From: a virus | Lineage: Duplodnaviria > Caudoviricetes | Length of the DNA: 64,000 bases | Strand: one strand, 5' to 3' | Virus record (IMG/VR): IMGVR_UViG_3300046383_000032 | Span: 161 to 64,160 of that record | In this document: piece by piece, positions 27,701-37,272 of the stretch | Numbering within the stretch: the stretch's first letter is position 1 | How the letters are laid out: each line of letters opens with the position of its first letter | The notes under the pieces: model-generated | Databases searched by the model: none | What the model was told of the DNA's origin: nothing | What the model saw: only the letters and a program-made list of their open reading frames with translations | Translations under genes and position numbers: made by a program

Positions 27701-30700
27701 TGCTGGGTGTGCTCGACGCTGTCCCTGCTGACCCAAGCGTTGCGGCCCTCGTGCAGGGGATCGGCACCGGACATGCCGCCGTAGTTCTCCTTGTGGATGT
27801 AGTCCTGCACGCGGTCGTAGCTCTGCTGCGACAGGCGCTTGTGGTCGGCGAGCTTGCGGGCGAGCCGCTCGGTGCCGATGTCGTGCAGCAGCTTGCGCGC
27901 CGTGTGGAAGGTTTTGTCGAGCACCAGCTTGATCTCGCGGGTCACCGCCTGCATGCCGGGCTCGGCGCGGCGGCTCATCTCGTCGAGGTCGTGCATGCCC
28001 AGCCCGAGGCTGGTGCCGCTCAGCGTGTCCCACCTGCGCTTGACGTCGACGGCGAGCTTGCCCGCGTGCTCGACCACCTGCTCGCGGCTGAACGGCAGGA
28101 TGCCTTCGCCGGGCGTCGCGCGCATCGGGCCCTTGCGCTCGACCAGCGCCTCGAGCGACTGGAACAGGTCGAGGCTGTTCAGCGTCATGTCGTTGAGGAG
28201 CTGCTTCTTGTTGGCGGTGAAGAACAGGTCGCGCAGCCCCTTCTTCATGGCTGACAGCAGCGACTGCAGCAGCGTCCTGCGGTTCTCCGGCACCGCCGTG
28301 TCGGCACGCTCGACGCCGCTCAGCCGGTCGTGGCGGATGCCGTGCAGCGCCGCCTCGAGCTTGCCGCCGTCGTTGAAGAACTCAGTGATGAACTCGTGGA
28401 CGTTGGTCAGCGCCTGCGGATCGAAGTCGAGCAGCGGGTGGCCCTCGGCCTCGCCGCCGAAGCGCGCCATGCGGGCCCGCCGCAGCTCGAGGTCGTGGCG
28501 CTCGCGGGCCAGTATCTGGCGGATGCGGTCGATGCGGTTGCCGATGGCCGGGAACTTCTCGATGGCGAGTTCGGTCAGCGGGTGGCCGAACTCGTGGCCC
28601 ATGATGCGGGCGCGGTCGGGACCGGCCAGCGTCTCGTGCGTCGTGAAGATGCGCTGCGTGCGGCGGTCGTAGAAGGCGGGCGTGTCGGCAGGGTCGACGT
28701 CGCGCAGCTCGGCGGCGCGGGCGTACTGCTCGTTGGTCAGCGCCACCACGTCGTGGTCGCCGACCAGCTTGCGGACCATGCCGTAGAAGTGCTTGAGCAG
28801 CGAGCCCTCGCTGCCGTCCATGATCGAGCGGTCGTGGCCCGGCATCAGGAAATTACTTACCTTCGACACGTAAGAGCCGCGCGGCATGACGCCCGGCGTG
28901 CGCAGGTCGACGCCGCCGTCGAGCACCTGCTTGATCGAGAAGTCGTTGTCGAGCGAGCCGGGGACGTTCTTCTCGTAGAGGTCCTTCTGCTCGGTCGTGA
29001 TGCGGTCGACCTCGCGCTCGGCGTCCCAGATCAGCTGCTGGAGATTGTTCTTGGTGCCGCGCTTGCGGTCGACGCCGAGTGCGTCGCTCAGCCGGTCGCT
29101 CAGCTCCTGATACCTGCCGACCCAGTCGGCAGGGTCCTTGGGCGTGCTCTCCACGGCATCGCGGATGGCGTCGACCTTCTCGGAGTTCCTGACGATCTTG
29201 TCGGCGTTCTCCTCGAGCACCTTGGCGGGCTCGCGCTCGGCCAGCACTTCCTTCTCGAGGGCGGCCCTGCGGTCGGCTTCGCGCTTGGCCTGCAGGTGCT
29301 CGTCGAGCGGCTTGCCGATGATCTCGTCGCGGATGAAGTCGAGCTTCAGCTCGCGCTGCCACTCCGGCAGGTCGCGCTGCCGCCACAGCTCGTCGATGCG
29401 CGCCTCGATCCTCGGGAAGCCCCAGCCCTTCCAGCGCGCCGTCCCGACCAGCGTTGCCGAGGTGCCGCTGTCGCTGATGTGTATCTGGCCGCCGAACTGG
29501 CCGCCCTTCTCGGGCCGCGCCTCCATCATGGCCTTGGAGCCCTGCATGGTGGCCCCTTCGATCTGGCTCAGCGTCTCGCGCAGTACGGCGGCGCGCTTGC
29601 GCAGGCTGTCCTGCTCGGCACGGAAGCCCTCGAAGATTTCCGGCACCGACTTGTTGGGGTCGAACCTGACGCCCGCATCCTCGAGGAACCTGACGTAGTT
29701 GACCTTGAGTTCCTTGGGGCCGCTGTCGGCGGTGCGCTTCTTCAGGGCGTCGCGCGCGGCGGCAACGCGCTTGGCGTTCTCGCTGACCGTGAGCTTGGGA
29801 TCGAACGCCGTGTTGGCCTGCCGCAGCAGCTCGCGGTACTCAAGCTCGGCGCGCTGCTTGTCGGCGATGGCCAGCGCATCCTTGGCGTCGCTGCCGCCCG
29901 CCCGCTCGCGCTCGCGCTCGGCACGGGCGATGGCGTTGTCGACGTCGGCCATGCGGTCGAGCTGGGCCATGACCTTGGACAGCTCGGACTTGGTCGCGTC
30001 GTAGGCGATGTTCTTCTGGTGGCGGTCCTCCTTCTCCCACTCGGCGATGCGGCCCTTCTCCAGCATCTTCTCGCGGATGTAGAAGTCGAGGATGTCCTCC
30101 TTGAGCTTGCTGTGGTTCTTGGCGATCAGGTGGTCGTTCATCGTGCGGCCCATCGACCGCGTCTCGCCCAGCCTGTCGTACCAGCCGCCGCGCCCGCCCC
30201 GGTTCATCGGCACGGCCCAGCTGATCTGCGTGCCCGGACGCGCCGCCTCCGCCTTGGCGAACAGGTCGGCGGCCATCGAGCGCTTGGCGTCGATCACGGC
30301 GACGATCTTGGCGGCGATCCGCTCGATGGTCTCGCGCGACGCCGTGTCGAGCGGCAGCACGCTGCCCTTCTTCTGCTCGCCCTGCGTCTTCTCGCGCAGC
30401 CGGAACTCGCCGGTCACGCCGATCATGTTGTCGAGCACGTCGCCGATGGTGCGCCGCCCCTTGCCGGTCTCGGCGTCGACGTCCCAGAAGTCGTCGAGCA
30501 CGCTGAGACCGCTGTGCTGGTCCATCATGACGTCGCGGGCCAGCGCCTCGCGGTCCTCGTAGTCGAACTTGGTGCGGCCTTCCTTGCGGGCGCGCTCGCG
30601 GCCCCGCGCGGCGGCACGCTTGCGGTCGGTCGCCGACATCTCGCGGATCGCCGGGATGCGGTTGAAGGCGAGCTTGAGCGCGCGGCTCACCCGGCCATGG

Positions 30701-33700
30701 AAGCCGACGATGTTCTTGAAGTCCTCGGCGAGCTGGTGGCGCAGCCTCGTCTTGGCTGCCGCCTCCTCGACCTTGGCGCGCTCGCTGTCGCGCGCCGCCT
30801 GCGCCGCGTCGCGCTGGCCGCGCTGCCACTCCGTCATCGGCTTGAAGCCGACCCACTCGCCCGCGACGTTGGAGCCCTTGCGGTTGGCCTCGCGCTCGAT
30901 CTCTTCGTAGGTCAAGCCCTCGCGTCCCTTGTAGATGACGCGCTCGCCGGGATGGGCCGCCGCCTTGACGTTGCGCGACCAGTACTTCTTCACCCGGTCC
31001 TGCAGGTCGGCGAGCTTGGTCGTGAACTTGGCGCTGAGCTTGGGCCGCTCGACCTTGTGCTCGGGTGCGCGCGGCGCAGGCAGCACGTCGGACACCGCCT
31101 CGAGCGCGTCGGCGGCACGCTGGTGCGGCGCACGGTCGTCACGCCGCAGCTCGTCGACCGGCACCATGCCCTCTTGCCCGTTGTAGAGGACGCGCTGGTG
31201 CAGCCTGCCGTCGGGCCCGACCTCGGGCGGCTCGTTGAAGACGCGGACGTCCTTCTCGCCGTCGGGCCCGTCCCAAGTTCCTTCGCGGGTGTCTACCTGA
31301 CGCGCAGCTTCTTTCGATGCTTCGCCTTGACCCTTGCCCGCCTCCTTACCTTCGACGGTAACTTCGCCTTCGGCTGGTTCTTCTTTGACTTCGACACGCC
31401 CGGCGCGCGTCGTTTCACCTTTGCGACGGTACTCGCGCGGCGGCTCTTGGTACTCCCTGCCCCGGAGGATATCTGCGGCATGGTGGGGGTTCTCCACGAT
31501 TGCGTCGACGACTTCCTTGCGGATGTCGTGCTTGTCCATCGCCTCGCGCATCTCGTCGACGAGGCGGTTCCACGGCACACGACCCTTCAGCGCGGTGGCG
31601 AGCTTGTCGATGCGCTCGCCCCACAGCTTGTGATCGGCACCCTTGGTCTTCTCCATCAGCCCGGTCAGCGCGTCGACTGATTTCTTGCTGAGCCTGTCGC
31701 CGCCCGGCACGCGCTCGACCTGCTTGCCTTGGATGCTGGCGATGGTCTCTTCGGGGTTGTGGCGCAGCAGGTTCTCGATGCGCTCGAGGTTGCTGCCGAA
31801 CATCCGCCGCCCGATCTCGGGGATGTCGTTCAGCGTGACGTCGCGGCCTGCCTCGTGGGCGCGGCGCAGGCGGTCGGCCCACTGCCCGCGCGTCGTCGGC
31901 GAGACGTTCACGAGCTGCGTCTCGATGGCCTTCTTGTCGCGCCAGTCGAGCGGGTAGCGCGGCTTCGCCTCGACGCCGTGCTCGGCACCGACCGGACGAC
32001 CGGGCTTGCCGACCTCCATCTTGGCGGCAGCCGCCTGCTTGTGGCGCTGCTTCAGCGCCTCGACGTACTTCTCCCCTGCCGTCGGCTCGCGCTTGGGCTC
32101 GACCGTCACCGGCTTGGCGCGCTCGGTCGGCAGCGTCGGCACGTTGAAGATCGACTTGGCCGGGGCGGCCTCGACGAACTCCTCGCCGCCCTTGATGCCG
32201 ATGTCGCCGCGCGTCATGTCGCGCTCGCCCGCCTCGTAGGGCCGCCAGCTCTCCGGCGTGCGCGCCGGACGCGCCGCGAACGGGGCCTGCTCCTGCCCGT
32301 ACTCGCCGTAGAGGTCCTCGGCCCGCATCTGCACGCGCGGCGTGCGCGCGAGCTTGCCCTTGGCCTCGGGCCCCATCTCGCTAACGCCGATGTCGCCGTG
32401 CTCCATCGCCCGGCCACCCGTGACCGGCGCGCGCGGGGCCTGCTCCTGCCCGTACTCGGTCGGCCAGATGTCGGTCTCGTGCATCGGTCGGCCAGCGGCG
32501 CGTCGGCGGCCTGCGGCGGCCCCAGCGCCAGCTGACGTCGGGGTCGGGCCGGGCGTGGTCCTCGGGGCGACGCCGGGCGCACCGGGCGCGCCGGGCGCAA
32601 CAGGAGGGGCCGCGTGCAGCGGGCCGGTGTGCGCGCCCGGCAGGGGACCCGGCGCGGCCATGCCGCCCAGCTCGCTCATGCCAAGCTCGGCGGGCTCCAT
32701 CGGGCGGCCACCCGTGACCGGCGGGCGCGACGGCCCCTCCGGCCCAAGCTCGCTGGTGCCGAGGTCGCCGTGCTCCATCGGGCGACCGGGCTCGATCTCC
32801 ATGGTGCGCGGCGGACCGATGGCGCGTCCGCCCGGCCCGCCGTAGTTCTGCTCCTGCATGCGGGCGACGCTCTCGACGTCGAGGCCGACCGGGGGCACCT
32901 CCTTGCGCCGCCGCGACACCGCGCCGAGCGCCCCGAAGGTGAGCGCCTGCTTGCCCGCCTCCTCGGCGACCTCGCCGTAGTCCATCTCCTTGCGCAGGCC
33001 CGCGTCGACTTCGAGAGCCTGCGTGGTGTAGGCGGTGCCGCCGCCCATGCCGACGCCGAGCGCGGCACCTTGGCCCGCACCGATGGCGCGCCGCCCGGCG
33101 AAGTTGGCGACGCCCGTGCCTTGGTCGATACCTTTGACGGTATTGGCCAGCACGCTGTCGGTGATCCTCTCCGTCGTCTTGCGCATGAAGCCCTTCGACA
33201 GGGCGTGGAAGGCACCGCCGCCGATCATGTTGCCGATGACTTCGGGGGCGGCGCTCTTGAGGAACTCGAGCGACGTCGGATCAGCCGTGGCCTCGTAGAG
33301 CTTCTCGCGGGCCTCTTCGTCCGACAGGCCCGAGGCGACCAGCTCGCGGTACTTCGGGCTCTGCTTGAGCTGGTCGAGGCTGGCCTGCCGGATGGTCTCG
33401 CGAATGTCGGAGCGGGCGTGGCCGAACGCCGTCGCCCCCATGATCGGCACGCCCCACGGACCGGCGGCGGCGATGGGCGCGTAGGGCAGGATGCCCGACA
33501 CGGTCTGGCCGACGTAGTCGGCGCTCAGCATGCCGGGGCGCAGCTCCGGGTTCTCGTCGCGCACCTTCGCGGTCTCGGTGCGGCCCGAGCGGATGTAGCT
33601 CTCGAGGTCGGCCAGCGCATCCATGTCGCCGCGCGCCTGCTTGACGGCAGGGGGACTGGTCTGGATCGCCTCCTTGACGCCCGCGATGTCGCGCACCACC

Positions 33701-33867
33701 CCGACACCGCCCGCCACGGTGTTGAGGAACATGTCCTGCATGTAGCCGAAGACGTCGCGGCCCGGATCGTGCGGCAGCGGCGCTGCGAGGCCGCCAAGCT
33801 CGGTCGGGCCGAAGCCCTCCATGCTTGGCCGGATGTCGGCGTCCTTGTCGGTGACTGGCGGCGGCAT
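24736..33867 (-). CDS. giant internal-virion (ejection) protein, large-polyvalent-protein-like
   Basis: 3043 aa at the end of the virion module; MGHEFGH zincin motif; helical C-terminus. Confidence 0.8.
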   Translation of the reverse strand: MPPPVTDKDADIRPSMEGFGPTELGGLAAPLPHDPGRDVFGYMQDMFLNTVAGGVGVVRDIAGVKEAIQTSPPAVKQARGDMDALADLESYIRSGRTETAKVRDENPELRPGMLSADYVGQTVSGILPYAPIAAAGPWGVPIMGATAFGHARSDIRETIRQASLDQLKQSPKYRELVASGLSDEEAREKLYEATADPTSLEFLKSAAPEVIGNMIGGGAFHALSKGFMRKTTERITDSVLANTVKGIDQGTGVANFAGRRAIGAGQGAALGVGMGGGTAYTTQALEVDAGLRKEMDYGEVAEEAGKQALTFGALGAVSRRRKEVPPVGLDVESVARMQEQNYGGPGGRAIGPPRTMEIEPGRPMEHGDLGTSELGPEGPSRPPVTGGRPMEPAELGMSELGGMAAPGPLPGAHTGPLHAAPPVAPGAPGAPGVAPRTTPGPTPTSAGAGAAAGRRRAAGRPMHETDIWPTEYGQEQAPRAPVTGGRAMEHGDIGVSEMGPEAKGKLARTPRVQMRAEDLYGEYGQEQAPFAARPARTPESWRPYEAGERDMTRGDIGIKGGEEFVEAAPAKSIFNVPTLPTERAKPVTVEPKREPTAGEKYVEALKQRHKQAAAAKMEVGKPGRPVGAEHGVEAKPRYPLDWRDKKAIETQLVNVSPTTRGQWADRLRRAHEAGRDVTLNDIPEIGRRMFGSNLERIENLLRHNPEETIASIQGKQVERVPGGDRLSKKSVDALTGLMEKTKGADHKLWGERIDKLATALKGRVPWNRLVDEMREAMDKHDIRKEVVDAIVENPHHAADILRGREYQEPPREYRRKGETTRAGRVEVKEEPAEGEVTVEGKEAGKGQGEASKEAARQVDTREGTWDGPDGEKDVRVFNEPPEVGPDGRLHQRVLYNGQEGMVPVDELRRDDRAPHQRAADALEAVSDVLPAPRAPEHKVERPKLSAKFTTKLADLQDRVKKYWSRNVKAAAHPGERVIYKGREGLTYEEIEREANRKGSNVAGEWVGFKPMTEWQRGQRDAAQAARDSERAKVEEAAAKTRLRHQLAEDFKNIVGFHGRVSRALKLAFNRIPAIREMSATDRKRAAARGRERARKEGRTKFDYEDREALARDVMMDQHSGLSVLDDFWDVDAETGKGRRTIGDVLDNMIGVTGEFRLREKTQGEQKKGSVLPLDTASRETIERIAAKIVAVIDAKRSMAADLFAKAEAARPGTQISWAVPMNRGGRGGWYDRLGETRSMGRTMNDHLIAKNHSKLKEDILDFYIREKMLEKGRIAEWEKEDRHQKNIAYDATKSELSKVMAQLDRMADVDNAIARAERERERAGGSDAKDALAIADKQRAELEYRELLRQANTAFDPKLTVSENAKRVAAARDALKKRTADSGPKELKVNYVRFLEDAGVRFDPNKSVPEIFEGFRAEQDSLRKRAAVLRETLSQIEGATMQGSKAMMEARPEKGGQFGGQIHISDSGTSATLVGTARWKGWGFPRIEARIDELWRQRDLPEWQRELKLDFIRDEIIGKPLDEHLQAKREADRRAALEKEVLAEREPAKVLEENADKIVRNSEKVDAIRDAVESTPKDPADWVGRYQELSDRLSDALGVDRKRGTKNNLQQLIWDAEREVDRITTEQKDLYEKNVPGSLDNDFSIKQVLDGGVDLRTPGVMPRGSYVSKVSNFLMPGHDRSIMDGSEGSLLKHFYGMVRKLVGDHDVVALTNEQYARAAELRDVDPADTPAFYDRRTQRIFTTHETLAGPDRARIMGHEFGHPLTELAIEKFPAIGNRIDRIRQILARERHDLELRRARMARFGGEAEGHPLLDFDPQALTNVHEFITEFFNDGGKLEAALHGIRHDRLSGVERADTAVPENRRTLLQSLLSAMKKGLRDLFFTANKKQLLNDMTLNSLDLFQSLEALVERKGPMRATPGEGILPFSREQVVEHAGKLAVDVKRRWDTLSGTSLGLGMHDLDEMSRRAEPGMQAVTREIKLVLDKTFHTARKLLHDIGTERLARKLADHKRLSQQSYDRVQDYIHKENYGGMSGADPLHEGRNAWVSRDSVEHTQHRRRHGELAADWAKLTPKERELRNELLEFYEKRHNDMLNTSLGHLINLRRMVPGNDKAQTEALMKYIMKRDLSAADKAELEKIPGYASEIDETTKTPQHLKFRQQVRELRAVPQFRKLPGVFYAMMRRGQHVVEGVYKLAKHAEPNGGVERGRGEWEFETAEKRAKFIQDMDNDPVLRDLRLIDTEDVVYKKDPATGGPLMEDGAPVFETEPSTRQTRQQGEPGEVGYRGTVTTAERRKGVRETEGRDDVVNRYRVTYNPLLLEFYEKQREAYERHAQLKAGHSRDDFDLSHVQPQRDRDGTFLDSITADRHMQKLMGSIENGDAWGDLDTRTRASIKRDLAEGAARHLMSTSARASYLPRRYALGANNDMLRNFTQYAQNTSYTLAELQHRAETSRAYKAMEDYVDQNDSAASPNDPQGKYGYLRHEIRNKLRNVGLQDHSEFTSPWWTKAANRVMQLSYMDKLMSPMHWALNAMEVGMMTSPLLAGRHGIKAYGVILNAYNTVGGLSMLKEGFSNAPKAFMRKELPENLARLRDNIKNEKDAAQLSKLIDWLEERNLLDKDAGMEIGRIGETGDRIWSAADRVDNATRQINQQIENMNRAVTGISAYRLGIMDGMTHEQAMAHAEKTVHDVAGNYAHYNTPELFKHPYLRFALQFKRYAQRITANYIRMWSNMMNKELSADERRVARNQMMVTLGTQMFMAGMLGWPTELIKAPINIANALHIIDFNAEDAEHYFRSGMSRVMGDDLAQIVTRGVPRYFGLGIGSRVAHDSLWTFGSLGRKPDDWWAAFGHFIGGAPGGYMVDAVQGTGKLVDAFGDMAHGRNTSAQANFTDGIAQIIPSKVMADVLTSAQRFGQWPTGRKDSGYKPSGLEALGEAFGLRSGRSQEIAEERGQVRRDLTRHDTQRDALYAQFAKASTNAEKMAIWRDIQTNWNPKYPPEMQITFDALHRAQVRHDNKGDADPRLLGLTLSRRQQSLLPNYNMYKTQ

Positions 33868-36800
33868 CTATTCCCCCAGCTTGCTGACGGCGCGCCCGGC
33901 GGCGTCGCCCACTCCGGGCGGCAGGCCCGGCACGAACGGAGCCACCGTCCTGATCGCGGCACCCACGCCCTGCAGCGCCCGCTTGCCGGTGGGCCGCTTG
34001 GCGTCCTTCTCCTTCTGCGCCGTATACTCCGCCCAGTTGCGCTGGTGGATGTTGGTGATGTCGCGATAGGTGTTGGGGTCGACGATGTACTCGCGCCCGT
34101 CGGCCATCTGGATGACGACGTGGCCCTTGCGGTGGCTCTCGCGCACCGGCCTGAAGTGGGTCGCCTTGTCGCCGGTCTGGCGGTTGAGCCCCACCGGGTT
34201 CTTGTCCTTGCCGTCCTTGTCCTTGGTCGGCAGCATGATCGAGGTCGACGCCAGCGCCACCTCGTAGGCGGTCTTGGCGTCGAGCCCGTGGTTGGTGCGC
34301 CACAGGTTGCGGGCGATGCTGTCGAGCTTCTCGCGGTCGGCGTCGGTCTTGAGGTAGCGCAGCGGCGACTGGTCGTACTCGACCTTGAGGCCCTTGTTGG
34401 AGGCCGAGCCGTCTCTGGTCGCCTCGCGCTGCTTGGAGAAGCCGGTCTTCAGCGTGCCCTCGTCGGCCAGCTTGACCTCGCGCGGCTTGCTCTCGGCGCG
34501 CTCGGTGTCGGCGTCCTTGGCCTGCCGGGCGCGGGCCTTCTCGACGCGGTCGAGGAAGAGCTTCTTCTTGGCTTCGAACTCCTTGTCGTACCCGGCCAGC
34601 AGCTTGGTCACCATGCGGCTGTCGTTGCCCTTGACCAGCCCGAGCTTGACCGCGTCGCGCATCCGCTCCTCGCGGCCCTTGCGGTGCTCGGCGTCCATGC
34701 GCGCCAGCTCGGAGTTGACCGCGCCCTCGCTGATCTGGCCCCGGTTGCGGTCGCTGTCCGGCAGGGGGTTGTACGGGTTCTTGGCCCAGTGCTCGGCCTC
34801 GAGCCGCTCCGCCGACTTCTGCTCCTTGCCGGACGCGGTCTTGGGCGTCGTCTCGATAGCCCCGCCCGACGCCCCCGCCCCCGACTGCTGGGTGGCAGGT
34901 GTTGAAGACGAGGGCGTCGTGCCCGGTGCGGGAGCACCGGCACCTGCCGCCGCCTTTGCCGGTGGCGCAGCCGGTGGCGTTGCCGGTGGCGTTGCCGTGG
35001 GCTTGGGCGGCGCAGGTGAGGCTGCGGGGGCCGCTGGAGGGGCTCCAGCGGGAGGGGTAGCCGGAGGCACCGGAGGACGCGGCGCTGGCGTAGCGGCAGG
35101 CTGAGCAGCAGGGGGAGGCGCTGCCGCAGCCGGAGGAGCAGCGGGTGGCGTAGCGGGCGGTGTAGCAGGGGGTGCGGCTGGAGGTTGGGGAGGCCCAGCC
35201 GGAGCCGCCGAAGGCTGGGCCCCCGAGGCGGCGGGCGGCCCCGGCTGCGCAGGCTGCTGGGCCTGCGCGGTCTGGCGTCCCCCACCACCCGCCTGCTGCA
35301 TGACATCCCAACCGAGCTGGCCGGTCGACATGCCGAGGGCGATGTTCTGGATCATCTTGGGATCGAGCGGGAACTGCTGGGTGACCTGACCCTGCTTGTT
35401 CACCAGCACGATGTTGCTGCCGCGCTGCTCTGCGGTCTGGCCGTTGGGTATCCAGTTGTAGCCCGCCAGCAGGTGGCCGACGGCACCGGCCACGTTGCCC
35501 TGCTGGATGAGCTTCATGGCGTCGCTGCCGTGCTTGGTCGACATCTTGATGCCGAACTGGGTGACTTCGAAGGCGGCGTTCTCGGCGGCCTTCTGGTCGC
35601 CCTGCTGCATGAACCTGTCGTAGACCTGCTGGGCGGCCAGCTCGATCTTCTGGTTCATCGGCAGCTTGTTGTCGGGGTCGATGACCTTGAAGACCTCCTG
35701 CATGGCCTTGGGGTCGGGCGCACCGGCACCGGAGTACATCGCGGCCTTGCCGCGCTCGGTGTTGGCGTCCTGCCGGTCCTGATGGAACAGGCGGTTGGCG
35801 AACGACGTCGCGCCCTGCGCCGCCGCTTGGCCCACGCGCTGGTCGTAGACCACGGGTCCCGGCGGCGTGCGGTCGGGCGCAGTCTTGTCGCCCGGCACCA
35901 CCGGGTCCGCCGTCGGCGTGCCGCCCGGACGCGACTGCGCCCACAGCGCCGTCTCTCCCGTGCTCTCGCGGCCCTCGCGCAGCGGGCCCGTGTTGTGCGG
36001 GTCCATGCGATCCTTCTCGGGATCGTAGGCTTCGGTGCGGGTCTGGTCGCGCAGCTTCTTCCACTGCGGCGGGCCGGTCTTGATCGCCCCGTCGCGCGGA
36101 GCCGTCACCGTCGTGGGCGGCATCGTCGGCGGAGGCGTCGGGGCGTTGACGTAGTCGTCCTCGGGATAGACCGTCGGCACGTACTTGGGCTCGCCGCCCT
36201 GCCTCGGGTCGACGTCAGCACCGCCGCCCGGCCCTACCTGATCGGAGTAGGTGCTGCGCGGGATGTGCCGAGTCCCGACCTTGGCGTCGACGTTGCCGAT
36301 GCGGCGCGTCTGGGTCGCCTCGTCGGTCTTCACTCCGGCCAGCACCTCGGGCCTCGAGCGCGTGCCGAGCAGCTCGGTCTCCTTGAGGTTCCGGTCGTCC
36401 AGCACGACGGTGCGCCCGTCGGGGCCGACCACCGTCATGCCGCTGTAGATCGCCTCGGGCGACAGGTCGTAGGTGACCGGGCCGCCGCCTGCGTAGTGCC
36501 GCACCGCGCGGCCACCGCGCCGCATGTACTCGCCGCCCTGCTCGGGCAGGCCCGGCGCATAGATCGGCTCGATGGCCTGCGGCGCGGGCTGCACGGGAGC
36601 GGGCGGCTGCACGACCGGCGGTGCCGCCGTGTCACCATAGCCGGAGCCCGGCCCGGTCGTGCCCGCCCCCTCATATGCCTGCGTCGAAGACGTGCGCGTG
36701 ATCGGCGAGACCTTCGGCTGCTCGCGCTGCTGGTCGGCCAAGTAGCTGCGGCTGCCCGCTGCGGCGGCGTTGTTGAAGGAGGTGGCGAAGCGGTTGGCCC

Positions 36801-37272
36801 GGCCACCCTTGGCCATGCGCGAGATGCGCCCGCCGCGCGCCGCGCCCGTGTCGACGGTATCGCCGCCACCGTCCCCGTCGCCGTCGTTCGGCAGCTGGAT
36901 CGGTCCCTCGTTCGCCTCGACGGTGACGTTCTGGTTGACCGGGGCGCTGTCGTTCTCGAGGCCCGCTGCGCCGTACTTGTTGATGTAGGCCAGCATGCCG
37001 GGCGACGGGCCCGCGCTGGCCCCCGTGCCGCCGCGCGCCTTGGCCAGCAGGCGCTGGGCGTTGGCGTTGGCCTGATTGACGTAGGCGTCGGTGCGCCGCG
37101 TCGTGTCGCCCATCTTCCACTGGTTGTACTGGGCGGCGACGCGGTTCTTTTCGCGAGCGATCTCGTTGGCCTCGCGGCGGATCGTGCGGTTCTCCTCACG
37201 GTCCAAGTGCTTGTCGCCGTGCTCCCATCCCTTGAAGAAGCTGTCGACGAAGCGCTGCATCAGCTTGCTCAT
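33868..37272 (-). CDS. internal-virion/ejection protein with a long Pro/Ala linker
   Basis: 1134 aa between two other ejection-type genes. Confidence 0.75.
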   Translation of the reverse strand: MSKLMQRFVDSFFKGWEHGDKHLDREENRTIRREANEIAREKNRVAAQYNQWKMGDTTRRTDAYVNQANANAQRLLAKARGGTGASAGPSPGMLAYINKYGAAGLENDSAPVNQNVTVEANEGPIQLPNDGDGDGGGDTVDTGAARGGRISRMAKGGRANRFATSFNNAAAAGSRSYLADQQREQPKVSPITRTSSTQAYEGAGTTGPGSGYGDTAAPPVVQPPAPVQPAPQAIEPIYAPGLPEQGGEYMRRGGRAVRHYAGGGPVTYDLSPEAIYSGMTVVGPDGRTVVLDDRNLKETELLGTRSRPEVLAGVKTDEATQTRRIGNVDAKVGTRHIPRSTYSDQVGPGGGADVDPRQGGEPKYVPTVYPEDDYVNAPTPPPTMPPTTVTAPRDGAIKTGPPQWKKLRDQTRTEAYDPEKDRMDPHNTGPLREGRESTGETALWAQSRPGGTPTADPVVPGDKTAPDRTPPGPVVYDQRVGQAAAQGATSFANRLFHQDRQDANTERGKAAMYSGAGAPDPKAMQEVFKVIDPDNKLPMNQKIELAAQQVYDRFMQQGDQKAAENAAFEVTQFGIKMSTKHGSDAMKLIQQGNVAGAVGHLLAGYNWIPNGQTAEQRGSNIVLVNKQGQVTQQFPLDPKMIQNIALGMSTGQLGWDVMQQAGGGGRQTAQAQQPAQPGPPAASGAQPSAAPAGPPQPPAAPPATPPATPPAAPPAAAAPPPAAQPAATPAPRPPVPPATPPAGAPPAAPAASPAPPKPTATPPATPPAAPPAKAAAGAGAPAPGTTPSSSTPATQQSGAGASGGAIETTPKTASGKEQKSAERLEAEHWAKNPYNPLPDSDRNRGQISEGAVNSELARMDAEHRKGREERMRDAVKLGLVKGNDSRMVTKLLAGYDKEFEAKKKLFLDRVEKARARQAKDADTERAESKPREVKLADEGTLKTGFSKQREATRDGSASNKGLKVEYDQSPLRYLKTDADREKLDSIARNLWRTNHGLDAKTAYEVALASTSIMLPTKDKDGKDKNPVGLNRQTGDKATHFRPVRESHRKGHVVIQMADGREYIVDPNTYRDITNIHQRNWAEYTAQKEKDAKRPTGKRALQGVGAAIRTVAPFVPGLPPGVGDAAGRAVSKLGE

